A stretch of DNA of 63,911 bases, filler included, from Actinomycetota bacterium (GTDB taxonomy: Bacteria > Actinomycetota > CADDZG01 > JAHWKV01 > JAOPZY01), in the NCBI GenBank assembly GCA_025963875.1. It is 6 parts of 6 records of this genome, joined end to end, with 100 filler letters (N's around TTAATTAATTAA, not from the genome) between each part and the next. Parts side by side here need not be neighbours in the genome. Positions count along the whole stretch, not along the records: positions 1 to 20,480 come from JAOPZY010000105.1; positions 20,581 to 39,618 come from JAOPZY010000142.1; 4 more parts are not named here. One strand, written 5' to 3'. The notes beneath the pieces are model-generated. The model did no database searches and was not told the origin of the DNA. It saw only the letters and a list, made by a program, of their open reading frames with translations. A program made the position numbers and the translations under genes. Below, in pieces: positions 17,533-25,580 of this stretch (within the stretch, counting starts at the first letter, position 1; each line of letters starts with the position of its first letter).

Positions 17533-20081
17533 GCCGCGGCCTGCGGGGAGCGCTCCGTCTCAACTGGGCGCTCAACTCCCGCCACCTCGTCGCCCACCGG
17601 CTCCGCCTGGCGCTGTCGATCGCCGGCATCGCCTCGGGGGTCGCGCTCGCCGTCGCCGTCGGGGGCCTGACCAGCTCCATCAACGCCGCCCTGCGCGACG
17701 CCTCGCTGGCGGCGGCGACAAAGGCCCAGCTCGAGATCCGGCCCGTCACCCAGATCAGCATGCCGGAGTCCGTCCTGGCCCGGGCACGTGCGACACCGGG
17801 TGTCCAGGCGGCAGCGGGCACCGTCGAGGCGGCGACGTTCATCCGCGCCCGACCGGGGGCCCGGGAGGAAAGCGTGGCCGTCATCGGCTTCGAGCCCGGC
17901 ATCCTGGCCCTCGCCCCCCGTGCGCTCAGCGGCGCCAGCCTTGCCGGTGAGGATCCCACGGGCCTCCTGCTCCCGACCTCCGTAGCGGGGGAGCTCGGCG
18001 TCGTGCCCAGGGAGGCGATCGACGTGTACACGCCGCAGGGCTGGCAGCCGACCCACGTCGGCGGCTCGCTTCCCCCGGCCCCGGGATCTGCCCGGGCGGT
18101 GGCCACCGGCCTCCTCACCGCCCAGGCCCTCCTCGGCCGGCAGGGCCGCATCGACGCCGTCTACGTCCAGACCGGCTCCGATGTCCAGGGCGTGGCGGCG
18201 GCACTCGAGCGCTCGCTCGGCCCGTCGGTGCGGGTCGGTCCCCTCGCACTCCGCACCGACGACGTCCGCCAGATCACCGCCACCGTCAGCGTGGTGCTGA
18301 ACGTGGCCGCCATCGTCGCCCTTTTCGTGGGGGCGTTCCTCGTCTACAACACCATGTCGATGGCCTCGGTGGAGCGGGCCGGCGAGGCGGCGATCCTGCG
18401 GGCGGTGGGCGCCAAGCGGCGCCAGACCTTCTGGCTGCTCGTCTCGGAGGGGGCGCTGCTCGGCGCGGCCGGATCCGCGGTGGGCATGGTCGCGGGCCTG
18501 GGACTCGCGCGGGTCCTGCTCGCCATCCGGGGGGCGGGGCTCGAGCAGCTGCTGCCCGTCAACGTCAGCCACCTCGTCCTGTCCTGGCCGGCGCTGGTGC
18601 TGGCAGGCGTCGGGGGTGTCCTCGCCTCGATGGGCGCCGCGGCGGGCCCGGCGCGCCGCGTGGCCCGCGCGGATGCCGCCGCCAACCTCGGCCCCCGGGC
18701 CGCCCTCGAGGAACCGGCCGGCGTCGGCGGCTGGCGCCCCCTGCCCGTCGGGGCGGTCCTGGTCCTCGTGGGGGCCGGGCTCGCCGCCTGGTGGGTCCAT
18801 GCTCCGACGACGACCCTCACCCTGCCCACCGTGGCGATGCTGCTGTTCATCGCCGGGGTGGCGGTCCTGGTCCGCCCGCTCGTGCCCGCCCTGGCCGGAC
18901 AGGTGCTGCGGCCGGCCGCCCGGTCGCGCGCGACGCTCCGCCTCGCCGCCGGCGAGCTCCAGCGCTCCCCCTCGCGCACCGCCTACACGGTCGGCGCCGT
19001 GGTGCTGGCCCTCGCCCTGGTGGTCGGTGTCCAGGTGGACATCGCCTCGTTCCAGAACGCCTTCAACGAGGGCCTGACCCGGCTCATCCAGGCCGACCTC
19101 ATCGTCCGGGCGCGGGACTGGCAGCCCTACGGCGCCGCGGTCGGGGTGGATGCCGGCGTCGCATCCGCTATTTCCGCGATGCCCGGCGTCGCCGCGGCCT
19201 ATCCCTCCAAGACCATGCTGACGACCTACCGGGGCCGCATCGCCCCCATCCTCGCCATCTCCGAGCAGGGCTACCAGCGCTACGGAGCCGATCCGACGGT
19301 CTCCCGGCACGACCGGGAGATCAACGCCGCCGTCGTCGGCGGCGGCAAGATGCTCGTGTCGGCCTCGGCGTCGGGACGGTTCGGCCTCCACGAGGGCGAC
19401 CACGTCACGTTCGACACCCCCGCCGGGCCGAAGACATTCGCCGTCGTCGGCGTCTACGAGGACCCCTCGGCGGTGCTGCCCACCTTCTACGTCACGTTTG
19501 AGGACGCGATCGCCGCCTGGGGGCTCGGCACCGGCGACGTCATCGACGTGTTCGTGAAGCCGGGTGTGACGTCCTCGTCGGTCGCCGCCGCCATCCGCAA
19601 CCAGCTCGGCCCCCGCTACGGCCTCAGCCCCGATACCAGGCGCCAGTTCATCGACCGGCTCTCGGGCATCGTGTCCAGCCTGCAGCGGCTCATCGGCAGC
19701 GTCCAGGTGGTGGCGGTGCTGGTGGCGGCCCTCGGCGTGGCGAACACGCTGCTGATCTCGACCTTCGAGCGCCGCTGGGACCTCGGCATCCTCCGGGCGG
19801 TTGGCATGAGCCGCCGGCAGCTCCGCCGGATGGTCGTGCTGGAGTCGCTGATGCTCGGCACGCTCGGCGTCGTGCTGGCCTGGGGCGTCGGCACCGGTGT
19901 GGGCCTGTTCGCGCACCGCATCACCGAGATCCAGACGGGCCTCACCATCCCAACCGTGATCCAGCCCCTCACCTACCTCGCGGTGCTGGGCCTGGGCATC
20001 GCCGCTTCGGTGGGAGCCGCCATCTACCCGGCCCGGCGCGCGGCCCTCCTCGATGTGACCGACGCGCTGCAGTACGAGTAG
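17529..20081 (+). CDS. ABC permease, duplicated FtsX/MacB-type; probable CTG start
   Basis: FLVYNT..ER..E.AILRAVGA and GVANTL..ERRWDLGILRAVGM halves; first TM helix (RLRLALSIAGIASGVALAVAV) lies upstream of ATG 17760. Confidence 0.88.
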   Translation: MSRGLRGALRLNWALNSRHLVAHRLRLALSIAGIASGVALAVAVGGLTSSINAALRDASLAAATKAQLEIRPVTQISMPESVLARARATPGVQAAAGTVEAATFIRARPGAREESVAVIGFEPGILALAPRALSGASLAGEDPTGLLLPTSVAGELGVVPREAIDVYTPQGWQPTHVGGSLPPAPGSARAVATGLLTAQALLGRQGRIDAVYVQTGSDVQGVAAALERSLGPSVRVGPLALRTDDVRQITATVSVVLNVAAIVALFVGAFLVYNTMSMASVERAGEAAILRAVGAKRRQTFWLLVSEGALLGAAGSAVGMVAGLGLARVLLAIRGAGLEQLLPVNVSHLVLSWPALVLAGVGGVLASMGAAAGPARRVARADAAANLGPRAALEEPAGVGGWRPLPVGAVLVLVGAGLAAWWVHAPTTTLTLPTVAMLLFIAGVAVLVRPLVPALAGQVLRPAARSRATLRLAAGELQRSPSRTAYTVGAVVLALALVVGVQVDIASFQNAFNEGLTRLIQADLIVRARDWQPYGAAVGVDAGVASAISAMPGVAAAYPSKTMLTTYRGRIAPILAISEQGYQRYGADPTVSRHDREINAAVVGGGKMLVSASASGRFGLHEGDHVTFDTPAGPKTFAVVGVYEDPSAVLPTFYVTFEDAIAAWGLGTGDVIDVFVKPGVTSSSVAAAIRNQLGPRYGLSPDTRRQFIDRLSGIVSSLQRLIGSVQVVAVLVAALGVANTLLISTFERRWDLGILRAVGMSRRQLRRMVVLESLMLGTLGVVLAWGVGTGVGLFAHRITEIQTGLTIPTVIQPLTYLAVLGLGIAASVGAAIYPARRAALLDVTDALQYE

Positions 20082-20103
20082 GGCTGTTTGTCCCCACGCG
20101 GGC

Positions 20104-20480
20104 TCACCCGTTGGGACGAGGCCGCCACTGCATCCGGAGGTAGGGCGACACGTCGCCCGTTTCGACGAACCCCAGTCTGCGGTACAGCCGCTGGGCAGGG
20201 TTGGTGGACTCGACGTGCAGCTCGACCACCTTGCCGGCGACGGAGGCCTCCGCGATCAGCCCGCGGAGCAATTCGGTGCCAGCCCCCCGGCCGCGGTACC
20301 CGGGGGCGATGGCGATGTCGATGATGCGGATCAGCGCCTCACCCCGCTCTACATAGAGGCGTCCCGCCGGAGCGCCTCCGACGAGGACGAGGCAGTCGGC
20401 GGCGCCGGGGAACTGCGACCGGTACTGCAGCTGCCGTGCCCGGAACTGCATGTCGAGGAACGCGTCCACCTGGAGCTGGG
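20104..20480 (-). CDS. GNAT family acetyltransferase, 5'-partial
   Basis: IDIAIAPGYRGRGAG, NPAQRLYRRLGF. Confidence 0.88.
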
Positions 20481-20580
20481 NNNNNNNNNNNNNNNNNNNN
20501 NNNNNNNNNNNNNNNNNNNNNNNNTTAATTAATTAANNNNNNNNNNNNNNNNNNNNNNNNNNNNNNNNNNNNNNNNNNNN
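20481..20580. other. Artificial contig linker
   Basis: N-run with central TTAATTAATTAA (stops in six frames). Confidence 0.99.
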
Positions 20581-20619
20581 AGTGCTTCAAGTGCAAGAGC
20601 TTCAGGAGCGCTCCGGAGA

Positions 20620-20672
20620 GGGCGGTCCCGAGGGAGAGCGAGGGAGACGTTCCTTGCCCCCCGGGACCGCCC
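20620..20672. terminator. Long GC-rich hairpin, possible intrinsic terminator
   Basis: GGGCGGTCCC/GGGACCGCCC outer stem with inner GCGAGGGA/TTCCTTGC pairing. Confidence 0.45.
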
Positions 20673-20810
20673 GACCTCTTTCCGATCCCCGCTGTTGACG
20701 ATCTTCTGACACGAGAATTCGTTGGCAGCGGCTCCTTCGGCAGGACGAGCCTTCACCCCAGCACTGCCAAGTGGGCACCACCTCGATCTGGTCGAGGCTT
20801 GCTCTTCGGT

Positions 20811-20860
20811 GTCTGTGAGTAAAAAGTGGTGTTATACGCCAGAATATGCTCAAAGGTCCA
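20811..20860. repeat. Dispersed hairpin repeat, family C copy 1
   Basis: 41/50 identical, ungapped, to 53701-53750. Confidence 0.8.
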
Positions 20861-21035
20861 TATACCTGTGCCGGCCACCCACGAGGTATGAAATGGCGTG
20901 TGGCCCTACTGGTGGACTTGGAGGTTAGGTTAGTCGCCTATCGCGCGTATTTGCGCGATCACGGACTATCCTCGCGGCCACGGGGTCTTCTGGGCGCGCG
21001 ATGCACCTTGATGGGGTGTTTCACACAACGAAGAC

Positions 21036-22565
21036 TCAGAGACGCAGCTCCCGCTTGAGGATCTTGCCGGTCGCCGTCTTGGGCAGCTCCTCCCGGAACT
21101 CGACTACTCTCGGGTACTTGTAGGCCGCCAGGTGCTCCCGGCAGTGGTCGATGATCTCCTGCTCCGTGGCGCTCGCACCGATTTTGAGCACGACGGCGGC
21201 CTTCACCTCCTCGCCGTGGGTCGGGTGCTCGATGCCGATCACGGCCGCCTCGGCGATGGCCGCATGGGCGTACAGGACCTCCTCGACCTCTCGGGGGTAG
21301 ACGTTGTAGCCGCCGCGGATGATCATGTCCTTCTTGCGGTCCACGATGAAATAGTAGCCGTCGGCGTCGCGGGTGGCGATGTCGCCGGTGGCGAACCAGC
21401 CGTCCTTCATCGCCTCGGCCGTGGCCTCCGGCCGCTTCCAGTAGCCCTTCATCACGTTGTGGCCCTTGATCTGGATCTCCCCCCGCGTGCCGGGTGCCTC
21501 GACCACGTTGCCGTCGTTGTCCACCAGCCGGAGCTCGACGCCCCAGATCGGCAGGCCGATCGAACCGGCCTTCTTGGGCCGGTCGAGCGGGTTGAACGCG
21601 GCCACCGGCGAGGTCTCGGAGAGGCCGTAGCCCTCCAGGACGTTGACGTGGTACCTCTCGTCGAAGGCCTTCATCACCTCCACCGGCATCGACGATCCGC
21701 CGCACACGCACCGCTTCAGACCGCTGAGGTCGTACTGATCGGCCCCGGGATAGTTGAGGAGCGCCATGTACATCGTGGGAACGCCGCCGAAGAAGTTCAC
21801 GTGGTGGCTCTCCATGAGGTCCAGGGCCGCCTTCGGCTCGAAGCGCGCGAGCAGCACGACGGTTCCTCCGGCGGCGATGGGGGCGTTCTGCATGACGGTC
21901 TGGCCGAAGATGTGGAACAGAGGCAGCGTCGCGAGGGCCACGGTGTCCGGGTCGAGCGGCGCTACCCGCGTCGCGGTGCAGAGAGCGTTGAAGAAGAGGT
22001 TGAAGTGGGTGAGCTCGGCGCCCTTGGGCCTCCCGGTCGTCCCGGAGGTGTAGAGGATCACGGCGGCATCGTCGGGAGCGGTCGCCGGGAGCTCTGTCAC
22101 GGGGTCGGCCCCCGCGATGAGGGCCGCCATGTTGGCCGCCCCCTCCGGCGCCGACCAGTCGGTGGGGTTGGCCCGGGCGACGATGAGGTGCCGGCAATGC
22201 TCGACTCGCGCGAACCCCTCCTCGGCGGCCCTGAGGAAGCCCTCCCACGCCACCAGGGCAACGGCGTCGGAGTCCTCGAGGTGGTAGGCGATCTCGTCGG
22301 CGGTCAGCAGGACGTTGATCGGCACGACCGGCGTCCCAGCGTAGTGACTGCCGAAGTAGGCGATGGTGAAGTGGGGCACGTTCGGCAGCAGCAGGGCGAC
22401 ATGCTGGCCGGGTTCCACTCCCAACGACCTCAGGCCTCCCGCGAAGCGTTGCGCGAAGAGGTGGACCGTTTCGTAGGTGAGGTTCGTATCCCCGATCGCC
22501 AGCGCGGTCTTCTGCGGGTAGGTGGCGGCGCTCTCCCGAAGCAGCAGCGCAAGGTTGAGGCTCAT
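21036..22565 (-). CDS. Long-chain fatty acid-CoA ligase
   Basis: YTSGTTGRPKG, EGYGLSET, TGD, DRKKDMIIRGG, PKTATGK; ATGA overlap with the GMC gene. Confidence 0.95.
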   Translation of the reverse strand: MSLNLALLLRESAATYPQKTALAIGDTNLTYETVHLFAQRFAGGLRSLGVEPGQHVALLLPNVPHFTIAYFGSHYAGTPVVPINVLLTADEIAYHLEDSDAVALVAWEGFLRAAEEGFARVEHCRHLIVARANPTDWSAPEGAANMAALIAGADPVTELPATAPDDAAVILYTSGTTGRPKGAELTHFNLFFNALCTATRVAPLDPDTVALATLPLFHIFGQTVMQNAPIAAGGTVVLLARFEPKAALDLMESHHVNFFGGVPTMYMALLNYPGADQYDLSGLKRCVCGGSSMPVEVMKAFDERYHVNVLEGYGLSETSPVAAFNPLDRPKKAGSIGLPIWGVELRLVDNDGNVVEAPGTRGEIQIKGHNVMKGYWKRPEATAEAMKDGWFATGDIATRDADGYYFIVDRKKDMIIRGGYNVYPREVEEVLYAHAAIAEAAVIGIEHPTHGEEVKAAVVLKIGASATEQEIIDHCREHLAAYKYPRVVEFREELPKTATGKILKRELRL

Positions 22566-24490
22566 GGGCCCCCGAGGAGACCGCGGAGCAGGTGAACCAG
22601 GTTGTCGACGAGGGGAACGCCGATGTTCTGTGGTGGCGGCTCGCTGGCAGCGGGAGGGGGCGGCGGTGACGGCGGTGGGGCTGCAGGCGTCGGGCCGTTC
22701 GTCGAGGGCTGCGCGGCAGGGCTGGTGCCGAGAACGGCGGTGGTCACCGCATGGGCGATGGACGACACGGGGCCCTCCCTGCCGACGAAGGGGTCCCCAC
22801 CAAAGTACTGCCGGAAGATCTTCTCCGCGGTCCGGGTGGCGAGGGCCTGGGTAGTGAGCGTGGGATTGGGACCGCCGAGGCCGTTGGCCAGAGCGGCGTT
22901 GTCGGCGACGAACAGCCGCTTGACGAAGCGGGCCTCGGCATTGACGCCGAGCACGGAGTCGGACTCGTCCAACCCCATGCGCATGGTGGATTGCACGTGG
23001 AGGATCAGGGGCGGCCAGTCGATGTGGTGCACCTCCGTCGCCCCACCGGCCCGCAGGAGCTCCACCGCCTTCCCCACGAGGTACGCGCGGTTGCTCAGCG
23101 TACGCGGGCTGCGGTTGCGCTGGTGGAACTCCACCTTCGCCACGGCGCCGTGTTCGTCCGGCTGGAACACCGACGACAGCGTCACCCGGTTCTGGGCCTC
23201 GACGTCGTCGTCGGTGATGACGAGCACGTTCAGCGCGTTGTCGAGGTTCGACAGGAGGCTCCGGAGCTTGGTGCCCACCAGGCGCCCACGCGTGTCGGCT
23301 CCGAAGCTTGTTGCACCCCTGCCGTTGTCGTAGTAGCCCGCCATCCCGGCGTCGCTGAACGTGGAGGCGAACGACTGGATTCCCGGTGGCAGGCCCACGT
23401 TTTCGAGGCCGCCACGGCCCGGGAAGTCGCAGCGTGCCCCCGAGCCGGGGCCCTTCGACGATCCGGTGTAGGAAGGAAAGACACCGGTCACCCAGTCGAA
23501 GAAATGGTCGGTGTAGCCACGGCCGACCCAGTCGTTGGGGTTGGGCAGGCCGCTGTTCAGCCAGAGGCGGGGGTCCTCGGTGCAGCCGGCCGCCATGACG
23601 ACGACCTTCGCGTCCTCGCTGACCAGCTCGCCCGACGATCCGACGCGCCAGGTCACCCCCTTGGCGACGAGCTGGCCCGCCTCCTGCGCGGTGGCGATGT
23701 TGGTGACGAATGCGTCGGCGATGAGCGTGACGGCCTTGCCGCCTGGGGCCCAGACGTTGGCGGTGAGGCCCATGGGCACGTAGCTGTTGTCGGTCGAGCG
23801 CTTGGCCAGCAGGTTCCGGGGGGCATGGCGCGGTTCGTAGCATCCCTCGAAGCAGTAACCGCAGAAGGTGCAGCCCGTGGCCTTGGGATAGATGAGCAGG
23901 TCCTTGTTGGAGGTCTTGCCGGCGTTGCCCCCAGGTTGGAGGATGGCGTTCTCCTGCGGACGGAAGCCGTCGTGGGTGACGGTCTTCGAGGTGTTCAGCG
24001 GGAGTCCCATGGCCGCGGCCGACTCCAGGAATTTCTGTTCCTTGGTTCCCATCGCCGCGGTCTGCACCGGGAGGGTCGCCTCGACCCATTCGTAGTACGG
24101 CACCAGCTCGGCGTAGGGGAAGGGGAAGAGGTGGGCCGTGTCGTAGGCCGACCGGTCGGCCCCGTCGTACCCGACGAAGGTGCCGGGGGCGGCCCGGGGG
24201 CAGTTTCCGTAGTAGTGCTGGGTCGTGCCCCCGACGCCGGAGAGTTGCCAGAGGAACGAGTTCTGAGGAAGCTCCCGCGCCCAGGCGGGCTTGGAGCGGT
24301 CGGCGGGACCGAACCGGAAGTACCCGCTCAGCGGGTTGTTGGCGTCGTTCTCGAGGTGGGTCCACTCCCGCTCGGGGTCGGCGTGGCGGGGGCCCGCCTC
24401 CAGGAGGAGCACGTCGAGGCCGCGCTGGGCCAGCTCCTTGGCGACCACCGGGCCGCCGCCCCCGGCCCCGATCACGATGACGTCTCGCAT
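22562..24490 (-). CDS. GMC family FAD oxidoreductase
   Basis: IGAGGGG, LLEAG, GVGGTTQHY, CTFCGYCFEGC, HVQSTMRMG, NPTLT. Confidence 0.9.
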   Translation of the reverse strand: MRDVIVIGAGGGGPVVAKELAQRGLDVLLLEAGPRHADPEREWTHLENDANNPLSGYFRFGPADRSKPAWARELPQNSFLWQLSGVGGTTQHYYGNCPRAAPGTFVGYDGADRSAYDTAHLFPFPYAELVPYYEWVEATLPVQTAAMGTKEQKFLESAAAMGLPLNTSKTVTHDGFRPQENAILQPGGNAGKTSNKDLLIYPKATGCTFCGYCFEGCYEPRHAPRNLLAKRSTDNSYVPMGLTANVWAPGGKAVTLIADAFVTNIATAQEAGQLVAKGVTWRVGSSGELVSEDAKVVVMAAGCTEDPRLWLNSGLPNPNDWVGRGYTDHFFDWVTGVFPSYTGSSKGPGSGARCDFPGRGGLENVGLPPGIQSFASTFSDAGMAGYYDNGRGATSFGADTRGRLVGTKLRSLLSNLDNALNVLVITDDDVEAQNRVTLSSVFQPDEHGAVAKVEFHQRNRSPRTLSNRAYLVGKAVELLRAGGATEVHHIDWPPLILHVQSTMRMGLDESDSVLGVNAEARFVKRLFVADNAALANGLGGPNPTLTTQALATRTAEKIFRQYFGGDPFVGREGPVSSIAHAVTTAVLGTSPAAQPSTNGPTPAAPPPSPPPPPAASEPPPQNIGVPLVDNLVHLLRGLLGGP

Positions 24491-24500
24491 CAGGCTCCCA

Positions 24501-25268
24501 TCAGGCGTCAGCCTTCTTCCGCCCCCGGTAGTACCCCTTCAGCTCGTTCCAGCCCTCGACCGGGCCGTTCGGCTGGTAGCCCGAGATCTGCCACGAGACC
24601 GGCCTGCCGGTCAGGGACCTCGTCGTGGCGTCGTACACCCCCTGCTCGTTGCCGACGAGAAAACCGACGAAGGCCGGGACGATCCCGGCGACGAAGGACA
24701 GGTTCCCGGAGGCCACGGTGAATGGTTCGGGAATTTTGTCGTCCGGTACGTGGAGACCCTCGAGCAACTGAAAGACCCTGGCCTTCTCGGCGCTCGACAG
24801 GTGGCTGAATGCCGACACCGAGACCCCGGTGGAGGTGAGCGGGTTCAGGGCAAGGGGATTGACGGTGAGCGCGAGCGCGTCGAGCAGGTTGGCGACGGCC
24901 GCCGAGAGGGGGACCGTGTCGACGAGAGGAATGTGCAGATCGACGCCGAGAATATGGAGATGCGGGGTGGGCAGGTACCGGTCCAGGTTGGCGATGAGGG
25001 CGTTCGTTCCCCCCGCCGCGATGCCGCCGGGGCCGTCGGCGGTCTCGCCCTGCAGCACCGAGTAGGAGTCGTTTCCCGGCAGGATGAAGGCGATCAGGCC
25101 GTTGAACGTGTCCTGCACCAGGTCGAGGCTCTGGGCGTACGCGGGGTTGGCCCAGCCGTTGGCCTTGAGCACGCCCGGCAGGACAGAGGCCAGCACGCCG
25201 AAACCGGTGAGGGCGCCCGAGCGGGCAATGAATTGCCGACGACTGATGAAGGCCGCTGCGCTTCCCAC
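24501..25268 (-). CDS. Tat-signal small subunit resembling gluconate 2-dehydrogenase subunit 3
   Basis: SRRQFI twin-arginine motif and AYA cleavage site; IAFILPG, GPGG, FSHLS, W..SGY; directly upstream of the GMC gene. Confidence 0.7.
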   Translation of the reverse strand: MGSAAAFISRRQFIARSGALTGFGVLASVLPGVLKANGWANPAYAQSLDLVQDTFNGLIAFILPGNDSYSVLQGETADGPGGIAAGGTNALIANLDRYLPTPHLHILGVDLHIPLVDTVPLSAAVANLLDALALTVNPLALNPLTSTGVSVSAFSHLSSAEKARVFQLLEGLHVPDDKIPEPFTVASGNLSFVAGIVPAFVGFLVGNEQGVYDATTRSLTGRPVSWQISGYQPNGPVEGWNELKGYYRGRKKADA

Positions 25269-25580
25269 TGGCTAGTCCCCCCGGTGTTTCAAGTGATGAT
25301 TCAAGCACAAACGGTGCCGTATCTGCTCCTGGACGGGGGCCTCAAAAGTCTCGAACCCCTGACCTCGGATCCAGAAAAATTGATGAAAATCAGAGACGCT
25401 CGTCGGAAGCCTGACGATGTTCCCGGACGTACCGGAGCCCGCGGGCGTTGCCCTCACATGGCCGATGGCAAGCGGAGCTGCCCCGAATAAACCGAGAATA
25501 TAGCGGGTCGAATCCGGGCCTGATTTGCTCATGAACGCGCGCGATCTGGATACGAGTTCACGCTGTTAAAAATCTGCTCG

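Noticed and set aside
16881..19916. 1011-aa antisense ORF and similar long shadows (8277-10280, 48751-51165, 58950-60905)
   Set aside because: Typical stop-poor antisense frames of high-GC genes; no motifs; the opposite strand has clear genes
20481..20580. TTAATTAATTAA within N-runs, five times (also 39619, 51490, 55653, 61064)
   Set aside because: Artificial 100-nt contig linker; ORFs crossing it and cross-linker gene neighbourhoods are artefacts
20700..20815. Call as a glycine or c-di-AMP riboswitch
   Set aside because: Only partial motifs; CTCTCAGG and the ydaO 5'/3' conserved blocks are missing, so it is kept only as an unassigned structured region
21036..24365. Apparent 1109-aa CoA ligase fusion (likewise the extended ORFs over lutA/B/C and the ABC genes)
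   Set aside because: The extensions are off-frame read-through of upstream genes; true starts are at stop/start overlaps such as ATG 22565
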